A model generated the notes under the pieces. The model had not been told where the DNA came from. It did not search any database and worked only from the letters and a program-made list of their open reading frames with translations. The translations under genes were made by a program, and so were the position numbers. Shown here in pieces: positions 56,821 through 64,000 of a stretch of DNA of 64,000 nt. Source of the DNA: an uncultured Myxococcales bacterium (GTDB lineage Bacteria > Myxococcota_A > UBA9042 > DTJE01); NCBI GenBank assembly GCA_937975765.1, contig CALJUR010000108.1:1574-65573 (forward strand). Direction: 5' to 3'. Within the stretch, counting starts at the first letter, position 1; each line of letters begins with the position of its first letter.

Positions 56821-57623
56821 AGGGCCTCTTCGGATCCCCGCGTCGCGTGGCGGCCATCGCCCGCAACACGTTCATCGAGGCGGGACGCAACCGCGCCTTC
56901 ATCGGCCTGGGCATCGCGGCGATCGGCCTGGTCGCGTCGTCGATGGCGGTGTCGGGCCTGGCGATCGCGGACCAGATGGCGCGCGTGCTGGTGGACTTCG
57001 GCCTGTTCGCGATCTCCCTGCTGGAGGTCGTGATCGCCGTCACGATGGGCGTCATCCTGGTCTTCAAGGAGATCGACCGGAAGACGTTCTACGTGGTGCT
57101 GACCAAGCCGATCCGCCGGTCCGAGGTGCTGGCGGGCAAGTTCTTCGGGCTGGCCGCGATCCTGGCCATCGCGCTGGTGCTGATGGCGGCCGCGTGGGTC
57201 GGGTCGCTGCTGCTGCGGGACGTGCCGCTGCGCCACGACATGGTGCAGGCCCTGGTGCTGACGTGGATGCAGGCGCTGTTGATCACGTCGGTGGCGCTGT
57301 TCTTCAGTTCGTTCGCCAGCCCGGTGCTGTCCGGCGTCTTCACCCTGGGGGTGTACCTGGCGGGGACGTCGATCTACGTTCTGGAGGACCTGCTGGCGGG
57401 CCGCAAGGGCATGCTGGCGACCAACGAGGCGGCCCGCGCCGTGGCCAAGGCCGCGGTGGTGGGGCTGCCCGACCTGTCCGTCTTCAACCTGGGCAAGGAA
57501 CTGATCCTGGGCATCCCGATCGGCTGGGACTACGTCGCCGCCGCCGGGGCCTACTGCGCGGGCTGGATCGTGCTGTTCTGGGCGCTGGCCGCGCTGATCT
57601 TCGAGCGGAGGGACTTCGCGTGA
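56817..57623 (+). CDS. ABC-2 type transporter permease
   Basis: Six TM helices. ATGA overlap with the ATPase gene. Confidence 0.65.
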   Translation: MKGLFGSPRRVAAIARNTFIEAGRNRAFIGLGIAAIGLVASSMAVSGLAIADQMARVLVDFGLFAISLLEVVIAVTMGVILVFKEIDRKTFYVVLTKPIRRSEVLAGKFFGLAAILAIALVLMAAAWVGSLLLRDVPLRHDMVQALVLTWMQALLITSVALFFSSFASPVLSGVFTLGVYLAGTSIYVLEDLLAGRKGMLATNEAARAVAKAAVVGLPDLSVFNLGKELILGIPIGWDYVAAAGAYCAGWIVLFWALAALIFERRDFA

Positions 57624-58264
57624 CCCCGCGCCTGCTGCGCGCCGGGATGGGGGTGCTGGCGGCCGTGCTGGTGCTCGGCTGCGTGGCCGGGCTGCGCGTG
57701 GCGTTCTCGGGGCGGTCCGACCTGGCGACGGCACGGGAATGCCGGGACGCGGGGCTGCCCTCGACGGCGATCGACTTCGCGGCGCGGGCGGCGCGGTGGT
57801 ACCTGCCGGTCGGCGGGGTGTCGCGCGAGGGCCGAGAACTGCTGGCGACGCTGGCGGACGAGGCGGCGCGGACCGGCGACGCGGCGCTTTCCCTGCGGGC
57901 GTGGCAGGAACTGCGGGGCGCGATCCGGGCGACCCGCTGGCTGGCCCGGCCCGACGAGGATCTGCTGGACCGCGCCGACCACGCCATCGCGAAGGGGATG
58001 GCCGCGATCGACCGGCTGCCCGACGGGCGTCCCGGCCTGGACGAGGCCGGCCACCTGGAGTTCCTGCGGCGCGACTCGATGCCCCGCACCTTGCCCGCCG
58101 CGCTGGCCTCGCTGCTGTTCCTGGCATGGGTCGCCGTGACCGGCGTCGGCGCGTGGAGGTCGCTGACCCCCGAGGGCCGCCTGCGGGGCCGCGCCGCCCT
58201 CTCCTTCGGCCTCGCCTCCGCCGCCCTGCTGGGCGGCTGGCTGCTGTGCCTGTCGCTGGCCTGA
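57620..58264 (+). CDS. membrane-anchored hypothetical protein (GTG start)
   Basis: GTGA overlap with the permease gene. TM VLAAVLVLGCVAGL. Confidence 0.4.
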   Translation: MTPRLLRAGMGVLAAVLVLGCVAGLRVAFSGRSDLATARECRDAGLPSTAIDFAARAARWYLPVGGVSREGRELLATLADEAARTGDAALSLRAWQELRGAIRATRWLARPDEDLLDRADHAIAKGMAAIDRLPDGRPGLDEAGHLEFLRRDSMPRTLPAALASLLFLAWVAVTGVGAWRSLTPEGRLRGRAALSFGLASAALLGGWLLCLSLA

Positions 58265-58301
58265 CCCCCTCCGCCTCGCCGCTCCGCCTTCCCCTGCGCC
58301 C

Positions 58302-58356
58302 TGTAGGGCGGGGGCCCCGCCCCCCGCCATCGTATTGCCGGGCCCCGCCCCCCGCC
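58302..58356. repeat. REP-like GC-rich palindromic element, tandem copy
   Basis: TGTAGGGCGGGGGCCCCGCCCCCGCCATCGTATTGCCGGGCCCCGCCCCCCGCC. About 90% identical to 45205..45262. Confidence 0.45.
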
Positions 58357-58603
58357 TCCTCGAACCCGCCATCCCTGCCGTGCGCCGGCTGTCCCTGGCG
58401 GGGCACAAGGCCCCGCCCTGCATCGGGTCAGCCGTCGCCGAAGCAGCCCTTCGGGGCGACCTCGGCAAACGCCTCTTCAGGCCGCTTTCGATGGCCGCCG
58501 AGGGTCCATGCCCGGCTTCAGGGGCGCACCGGCCTTCCCGGACCTGCCGGGGGCCTTTCCGGGCGTCTCGTGGAATCGGGTGCAGGATGCGGTCGAAACG
58601 ACG

Positions 58604-58625
58604 GGTGCGGGACCGGTCCCGGGGG
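58604..58625 (-). terminator. palindrome CGGGACCGGTCCCG immediately 3' of parB, followed (minus sense) by GTCGTTTCG: candidate intrinsic terminator
   Basis: A 14-bp perfect palindrome seen in the sequence. The T-tract is weak. Confidence 0.3.
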
Positions 58626-59495
58626 TCAGCCCTCGCCCTTCTCCGCCAGCAGCCGCTCGCGCAGCCGCTTGAAGTCGGACAGGCTTCCGAACGACAGGTT
58701 CACGTGGCCGCGGTTGCCGCGGAAGGTCACCGTGACCGGCACGCCCAGCGCCGCCTCGATCTCGTCGCGGGACGACCGGAAGTATCCCGCCAGGGCCGGT
58801 TCGCCGGCGCGCGCCCGCTTCGACGTGCCCTTGCGCTGGCGCCGGACCTGCGACTCCACCTGCCGGACGCTCCAGCCCTCGGCGATCGCCTGCCGCAGCA
58901 GCGCCTCCTGGCCCGCCGCGTCCAGCGGCAGAAGCGCCCGCGCCAGCCCCTCCGACACCTGGCCGGCCTCCAGGGCCTTCAGCACGGCCACGCTGCACTT
59001 CAGCAGCCGCAGGCTGTTGGTGACCGTGGTCCGGTCCTTGCCGACGCGCTTCGCCACGTCCTCCTGGCTCATCGCGTGGTCGCGCACCAGCCGGTCGAAC
59101 GCGCGCGCCTGCTCCACCGGGTCCAGGTCCTCGCGCTGCAGGTTCTCCACCAGCGCCAGCACGAAGGCGTCCTTCGACGTCGCCTGCCGCACCACGACCG
59201 GCACCGCCGACAGGCCCGCCAGCCGCGCCGCCCGCAGCCGGCGTTCGCCCGCGATCAGCCGGTACCGGTCGCCGTCCTTCGACACCAGCAGCGGTTGCAG
59301 CACGCCCGCCTCGCGGATCGACGCCGCCAGTTCGGCCAGCGCCTCGTCCCGGAACCGGCGCCGCGGCTGGTCCGGCAGCGCCTCGATGCGGTCCACCGGG
59401 CACTCCAGCACCACGGGCCGATCGCCCGGCGGCGGGGCCGACACCGGGAACAGGGCCGCCAGGCCCTTGCCCAGGGCAGGGCGCTTGTCCTTCAT
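58626..59495 (-). CDS. parB: chromosome partitioning protein ParB (Spo0J)
   Basis: KGLAALFP N-terminus, GERRLRAARLAG ParB box, and HTH. ATG overlaps parA's TGA. Confidence 0.9.
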   Translation of the reverse strand: MKDKRPALGKGLAALFPVSAPPPGDRPVVLECPVDRIEALPDQPRRRFRDEALAELAASIREAGVLQPLLVSKDGDRYRLIAGERRLRAARLAGLSAVPVVVRQATSKDAFVLALVENLQREDLDPVEQARAFDRLVRDHAMSQEDVAKRVGKDRTTVTNSLRLLKCSVAVLKALEAGQVSEGLARALLPLDAAGQEALLRQAIAEGWSVRQVESQVRRQRKGTSKRARAGEPALAGYFRSSRDEIEAALGVPVTVTFRGNRGHVNLSFGSLSDFKRLRERLLAEKGEG

Positions 59496-60295
59496 TCTCG
59501 GCCCTCCATCGCCGGCAGGCGCGCCAGCACCTCCTCCGCCAGTTCCAGGTGCGCCCTGGCGCCCGGGGACTGCACGTCGAACAGGATCGCCGGCTTCCCG
59601 TGGGACGGGCTCTCGGCCAGCCGCACGTTGCGCGGGATCCGGGTCTGCAGCAGCAGGTCCGGGAAGTGCCGCTGGACCTCCTCGGCTACCTGGAACGACA
59701 GCCGGTTGCGCTTGTCGAACATCGTCAGCACTAACCCAAGGATCGCGAGGTCCGGGTTGTACGACCCCTGCGTCAGCCCGATGGTGTGCATCAGCCGGGC
59801 CAGACCGTCCAGCGCGTAGAACTCGCACTGCAGCGGGACCAGCACCCAGCGCGATGCCACCAGCGCGTTCAGCGTCAGGAAGCCCAGCGCGGGCGGGCAG
59901 TCGATCACGATGACGGGCGGGGGGTCCTTCTCCCGCGCGATCGCCTGCCGCAGCAGCACCGCGCGGTCCTCCTGGTCCACCAGTTCGACCTCGGCCGCCA
60001 CCAGGTCGGGGTGCGCCGGCACCACGGAGAGGTGGGGCAGGTCGGTCGGCCGGGCCAGGTCCGACAGGCTCCTCCGGCCCAGCATCGCCTCGTAGACGTG
60101 GGGCCCGTCGGCGCGGTGGTCGATCCCGAACGCCAGGCTGGCGTTGGCCTGCGGGTCCAGGTCCACCAGCAGCGTGGGGACCTCCAGGACCGCCAGCGAC
60201 GACGCGAGGTTGACGGCGGTGGTGGTCTTGCCGACCCCGCCCTTCTGGTTGGCGATGGCGAGGACCCGGGGAACCGAGGCGGGCGAACGTTTCAC
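59492..60295 (-). CDS. parA: chromosome partitioning ATPase ParA (Soj)
   Basis: Deviant Walker A ANQKGGVGKTT. GTG start lying inside parS. Confidence 0.9.
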   Translation of the reverse strand: MKRSPASVPRVLAIANQKGGVGKTTTAVNLASSLAVLEVPTLLVDLDPQANASLAFGIDHRADGPHVYEAMLGRRSLSDLARPTDLPHLSVVPAHPDLVAAEVELVDQEDRAVLLRQAIAREKDPPPVIVIDCPPALGFLTLNALVASRWVLVPLQCEFYALDGLARLMHTIGLTQGSYNPDLAILGLVLTMFDKRNRLSFQVAEEVQRHFPDLLLQTRIPRNVRLAESPSHGKPAILFDVQSPGARAHLELAEEVLARLPAMEGRE

Positions 60296-60302
60296 GTGAA
60301 AC
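60289..60302. promoter_or_regulatory. parS centromere site GTTTCACGTGAAAC
   Basis: Perfect 14-bp core of the conserved parS palindrome, overlapping the parA start. Confidence 0.8.
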
Positions 60303-60314
60303 CGTGGGTCGGGG

Positions 60315-60629
60315 TCACTCCCCCGACGGCTGGGCAGGCGCGCTGACCGGCGCGGGCGCCTCCTCGGGAGTATCGCTGGTGACGCTGCGCTCGGACCCGG
60401 TCAGGGCGATGGCCACCGACAGGATCATGAAGATCCCGGCCAGCACCCCGGTCGCCTTGCTGAGGAAGGTCGTCGCGCCCCGGCCGCCGAACACCGACGT
60501 CGAGGACCCGCCACCGAACACCGCGCCCATCCCGCCGCCGCCGCGCCCCGGCTGCAGCAGGATGATCACGATCAGCAGCACCGACACCAGGATGTGGAAC
60601 GCGATCATCAGGCCGAACAGGACTTCCAT
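60315..60629 (-). CDS. secG: preprotein translocase subunit SecG
   Basis: MEVLFGLMIAFHILVSVLLIVIILLQPGRGGG and a Gly-rich FGG region. Confidence 0.8.
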   Translation of the reverse strand: MEVLFGLMIAFHILVSVLLIVIILLQPGRGGGGMGAVFGGGSSTSVFGGRGATTFLSKATGVLAGIFMILSVAIALTGSERSVTSDTPEEAPAPVSAPAQPSGE

Positions 60630-60633
60630 GGCA

Positions 60634-61398
60634 TCACCCCGCGCATTCGACGATGCCCGCGAACGACTCCGCGGACAGGCTCGCACCCCCCACCAACGCC
60701 CCGTCCACGTCCTTCTGGGACAGCAGTTCGCGGGCGTTGCCCGGCTTCACGCTGCCACCGTACAGGATTCGCGTCCGCGCGGCGATCGTCTCGCCGAACA
60801 TCCCGGCGAGCAATTTCCTAATATATTCATGCACTTCTTCGGCCTGCTCCGGCGTCGCCGTCCGGCCCGTCCCGATGGCCCAGACCGGCTCGTAGGCGAC
60901 AACCACCCGGGCCATCTCCTCGGCCGTCAGCCCGTTCAGGCCCACCGTGACCTGCCTTTCGATCCGCCGGAAGGTGTCACCCGAGTCGCGCTCGGCCAGC
61001 TTCTCGCCCACGCAGACGATCGGGATCAGGCCCGCCTTCAGCGCCCGCCCGGTCTTCGCCCGCACCGACTCGTCCGTCTCCAGGTGGTACTCGCGCCGCT
61101 CGGAATGCCCGATGCACACGTACTGGCATCCCAGGCTCAGCAGCATCTTCGCGCTGACGTCGCCCGTGAACGCGCCCTCTTCCTCGGGGCTCAAGTCCTG
61201 GCCGCCGAATCCCACCGGGCTGCCCTCCAGCACCTTCGCGACCGTCCCGATCAACGGGGACGCCGGCAGCACGCAGACGTCCGCCGACCGCAGCCGCGAC
61301 GTCCTCTGCAGCACCTCCCGCGCCAGCGCGGCGGCGCCCGCCACGTCCAGGTTCATCTTCCAGTTGCCTGCGATCAGCGGTTTCCGGTTCGGATTCAT
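60634..61398 (-). CDS. tpiA: triosephosphate isomerase
   Basis: IAGNWKMN, AYEPVWAIGTG and ILYGGSV motifs. Confidence 0.9.
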   Translation of the reverse strand: MNPNRKPLIAGNWKMNLDVAGAAALAREVLQRTSRLRSADVCVLPASPLIGTVAKVLEGSPVGFGGQDLSPEEEGAFTGDVSAKMLLSLGCQYVCIGHSERREYHLETDESVRAKTGRALKAGLIPIVCVGEKLAERDSGDTFRRIERQVTVGLNGLTAEEMARVVVAYEPVWAIGTGRTATPEQAEEVHEYIRKLLAGMFGETIAARTRILYGGSVKPGNARELLSQKDVDGALVGGASLSAESFAGIVECAG

Positions 61399-61403
61399 CG
61401 CCC

Positions 61404-62606
61404 TCAATCCAGGTCCCGGAGCGCTTCCACCCCGGGCACGTCCCGTCCTTCCACCAGCGCCAGGGCCGCGTCCCCGCCCCCCGACACGTGCGTCAGGAAG
61501 GGCGTCAGGACCAGCCGCGTCACCGCCGCGACGGTGTCGGTGCCGGCTACGATGCTGGTCGCGCGCGAGCGCGCCAGCGCCTTGGCCACCTTCTCGGTCC
61601 CCTCGCGGAAGGCCGCCTGCTCGAACGCCCCCAGCGGGCCGTTCCAGAAGACCGTCCGCGACGCAGCCAGGACCTTCGAGAACGCCGCGACCGTTTCCGG
61701 CCCGACGTCCAGGATCTCCGCGTCCGACGGCACCTCGGCCACCGGCACCAGCGACGTCTCGATGACGCCGTCCTTCCCGGTGCCGACCACGACGTCCGTC
61801 GGCAGGATCACCTCGACGCCCCGCAGCCGTGCCCGCGACAGGAACTGCGTCGCGGCCTCGAACCGCTCCTTCTCCACGGGCGTCTTCCCCACCTTCATCT
61901 TCCGGGCCGCCAGGAACGTGGCCGCCGTGGCCCCGCCCACCAGCACGTTCTTCACCTTGCCCAGCAGGGTGTTCATCAGGCCGATCTTGTCGGACAGGCG
62001 CGCCCCGCCCACCAGCAGCGTGAACGGTGCCTCGGGCGTGCCCGCGATCCGGTTCAGGCAGGTCAGTTCGCGGTGCAGCAGCAGCCCGGCCGCCTTCTGG
62101 TTCACGTGCTTCGCGACCGACCGCGTGGACGCCAGACGACGCCCCGACGCCAGCAGGGCGTCGTTGACGTACACGTCGCACAGCATCGCCAGCCGCTGCC
62201 CGAAGACGTCGTCGTCCGCGTCCTCCTCGGGCTGGAAGGCCAGGTTCTCCAGCAGCACGACCTCGCCGTCCACGCGCTCCATCACGACCTTGCGCGGGCC
62301 GTCCCCGACGGTGTCCTCGGGCAGGAACACGTCCTGGTCCAGCATCTCGGCCAGGCGCTCGCCCACCGGGGCCATCGTCAGATCGGGCACGCGACGCCCG
62401 CCGGGCTGGCCCAGCGAGCCCGCCAGCACGACCTTCCCCCCCTGCGCGACGATGTGCCGCACGGTCGGCAGGATCGCCTGCAACCGGCTGTCATCCGCCA
62501 GCCGTCCCTCGGGCGTCAGCGGGCAGTCCAGATCCGCCCGGACCAGCACCCGGCGACCCTCCAGGGGCATCGATTCCAGCTTCGTGATTCCGCGCAGCAG
62601 GTCCAT
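61404..62606 (-). CDS. pgk: phosphoglycerate kinase
   Basis: PGK N-terminal RADLDCP, FWNGPLGAFE, and the C-terminal hinge. Confidence 0.9.
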   Translation of the reverse strand: MDLLRGITKLESMPLEGRRVLVRADLDCPLTPEGRLADDSRLQAILPTVRHIVAQGGKVVLAGSLGQPGGRRVPDLTMAPVGERLAEMLDQDVFLPEDTVGDGPRKVVMERVDGEVVLLENLAFQPEEDADDDVFGQRLAMLCDVYVNDALLASGRRLASTRSVAKHVNQKAAGLLLHRELTCLNRIAGTPEAPFTLLVGGARLSDKIGLMNTLLGKVKNVLVGGATAATFLAARKMKVGKTPVEKERFEAATQFLSRARLRGVEVILPTDVVVGTGKDGVIETSLVPVAEVPSDAEILDVGPETVAAFSKVLAASRTVFWNGPLGAFEQAAFREGTEKVAKALARSRATSIVAGTDTVAAVTRLVLTPFLTHVSGGGDAALALVEGRDVPGVEALRDLD

Positions 62607-62723
62607 CGAAGGCGCACCTCGCGCACGCAGGCATAGGGCCGGCGCGTTCGCGCAAGGTTACCAGAATCGCGCCCCGTGTCAATCCGCGGCCTTGCACGGC
62701 AGCCCGGGAGGATCGCGGGACGA

Positions 62724-63203
62724 TCAGTCCTTCAGCAGCGCGGCCCGGACCGCCACGACCAGGATGCCTCCCTCGTGCTTGCGGCCGGCCTGGAAGAAGA
62801 CGCCCCCGTCGTGGATGCGGACCTTGGTCCGGAAGTCGTCCATCTCGACGTTGATCCGCAGCAGGCCCTTCTCGGGCGTGACCCCGTTGTAGATCGCCGC
62901 GAACCGCTGGCCGTTCGGCAGCCGGACCTCCACCGGGCTGCCGGCGTCCACCTGCCGGGACGCCGTGTCCAGCACCTCGAAGTACGAGAACTTGTCCCCG
63001 AACGACTGCCGCAGCGTGTCCCACATCGGCTTCAGCGCGTCGTGCAGGTGCGGCGGCCCCTTCTTCGCGTGGATGACCGTCACCGACACCTTCGCCCTCG
63101 GTTCCGCCGCCGAGGTCGCCGGGAGGGCCGGCACCGCGACGAACGCGGCCGCCACCAGCCCGGCCATCATCGTCCGGATCGCCCGCGTGCCCGCGTTCCG
63201 CAT
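62724..63203 (-). CDS. secreted hypothetical protein (159 aa), last gene of ECF sigma operon
   Basis: Signal peptide MMAGLVAAAFVAVPALPATSAA. Only 3 nt separate the anti-sigma stop from this start. Confidence 0.45.
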   Translation of the reverse strand: MRNAGTRAIRTMMAGLVAAAFVAVPALPATSAAEPRAKVSVTVIHAKKGPPHLHDALKPMWDTLRQSFGDKFSYFEVLDTASRQVDAGSPVEVRLPNGQRFAAIYNGVTPEKGLLRINVEMDDFRTKVRIHDGGVFFQAGRKHEGGILVVAVRAALLKD

Positions 63204-63206
63204 GGC

Positions 63207-63683
63207 TCAGCCCTCCTCCTCGTCGACCACCCAGATCACGGTCGCCTGCGTCGGGTCGTCCAGGTCCTGGTCGACCAGGATTGTCCCCTTGTCGGCATCG
63301 TACGAGTCCACGAAACAGGTGTTGTCCGGCGCGGCCTCGCCGCCCGACAGCAGCGCCCAGCCCAGCGCCAGGGCCATGACCATCGCTCCCGCCGGCGCCA
63401 GCACCCACAACGGCCGGCTGCCCAGCAGGCCCGGCAGCCAGCCCCTCGCGCCCGCCTCGGCCGCCTCGCGCCGCAGCACCTCGACGCGCGCCTCGACTCC
63501 CGCGAACATCGCGTCGAAGTCCGGCATCCCCGCCGCCTGCGCCCGGGCGCCCTCCGCCTCCCGCACCTGCGCCGACAGCGCCTCGAACCGCCCGGCCTCG
63601 GCCTTCCCGGCCGCGTCCAGCGCGTCCCGGGGCAGCACGCCGTCGGCCGCCAGCATGGCCTTCCTCTTCCGCATCCCGAACAT
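63207..63683 (-). CDS. putative membrane anti-sigma factor
   Basis: Position directly after an ECF sigma gene. Single TM LWVLAPAGAMVMALALGWALL. GGGGAGGGG RBS. Confidence 0.5.
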   Translation of the reverse strand: MFGMRKRKAMLAADGVLPRDALDAAGKAEAGRFEALSAQVREAEGARAQAAGMPDFDAMFAGVEARVEVLRREAAEAGARGWLPGLLGSRPLWVLAPAGAMVMALALGWALLSGGEAAPDNTCFVDSYDADKGTILVDQDLDDPTQATVIWVVDEEEG

Positions 63684-63699
63684 GGCGCCCCTCCCCGTT

Positions 63700-64000
63700 T
63701 CAGCCTTTCCGCCCCAGCCGCTGCTCCAGGATCTCCCGGAGCCGCATGCGGGCGGCGAAGAGCCGGGACATGACCGTCCCGATCTTCAGTCCGAGGGTCG
63801 CGGCGATCTCCTCGTACGACTGGTCCTCGATCTCGCGCAGCACCAGGATCTCCCGGTGCTCCGGCCTCAGTTGTTCCATCGCCTCCGACACGATGACCAG
63901 CCGCTCCTGCGCCTCGACGGCCCGCGAAGGCTCCATCGGCCGGCCGATCGCCGCGCCCTCGGCCACCGACGCCTTCACGCCGTCGTCGAACTCCTTCTGG
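63700..64000 (-). CDS. ECF-type RNA polymerase sigma factor, C-terminal part (N-terminus beyond window)
   Basis: Sigma region 4 HTH ILVLREIEDQSYEEIAATLGLKIGTVMSRLFAARMRLRE. The ORF is open to the window edge. Confidence 0.7.
   Translation of the reverse strand, partial: QKEFDDGVKASVAEGAAIGRPMEPSRAVEAQERLVIVSEAMEQLRPEHREILVLREIEDQSYEEIAATLGLKIGTVMSRLFAARMRLREILEQRLGRKG

Noticed and set aside
1-64000. CRISPR arrays, rRNA/tRNA genes, transposases or integrases
   Set aside because: I looked on both strands. No regularly spaced direct repeats, no rRNA or tRNA-like conserved blocks, and no transposase or recombinase-like proteins were found.

Overview
This 64-kb window has about 72% GC and dense, strongly GC3-biased coding, and it looks like Myxococcota chromosome: a giant Cys-rich-repeat lipoprotein, many lipobox lipoproteins, sigma-54 regulation and GC-rich palindromic intergenic repeats. 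I found no rRNA, tRNA, CRISPR array, transposase or integrase. Frame choice is the main risk in DNA this GC-rich: the very long Arg/Gly/Pro-rich ORFs in the six-frame track are artefacts antisense or out of frame to the genes called here. Many adjacent genes overlap by ATGA or GTGA, which helps define operons.

Gene content, left to right:
- BNR/sialidase-like lipoprotein.
- Metal-uptake cluster on the minus strand: porin-like outer-membrane protein, ZnuA/TroA-like binding protein, ZnuB-like permease with an extension of about 190 aa, then an octaheme c-type cytochrome and a bacterioferritin-like protein. No ABC ATPase gene is present.
- A 1771-aa Cys-rich-repeat lipoprotein of the myxobacterial MopE type.
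- An AtoE-type short-chain fatty-acid transporter.
- A two-gene AAA_21 (ABC-type, OLD-like) ATPase plus DUF4276 module with the hallmarks of an acquired anti-phage or abortive-infection system.
- A TPR lipoprotein and a small secreted protein.
- An 8.1-kb block (outer-membrane beta-barrel protein, SDR, Old Yellow Enzyme, lipoprotein, FadL, 5'-nucleotidase) bracketed by 35-bp inverted repeats sitting in AT-rich islands.
- A large lipoprotein with a C-terminal endonuclease/exonuclease/phosphatase (EEP) domain.
- A sensor kinase and NtrC-family response regulator, followed by a textbook sigma-54 promoter driving two paralogous Excalibur-like small secreted proteins and an outer-membrane protein.
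- An amino-sugar cluster: NSS and AGCS transporters, NagB, mutarotase, DUF1846, DUF2804, and a BadF/NagK-type kinase.
- Two large polytopic membrane proteins that are possibly GT-C glycosyltransferases, an epimerase/dehydratase, a DegT aminotransferase and an ABC-2 exporter.
- parB and parA with a perfect parS site, then secG, tpiA and pgk, and an ECF sigma / anti-sigma operon truncated at the window edge.

The main leads are the ATPase–DUF4276 module and several repeated non-coding elements. The non-coding elements are a conserved 50-bp element present twice, a REP-like GC-rich palindrome family at four loci, and the inverted-repeat/AT-rich elements at 21.2 kb and 29.3 kb.
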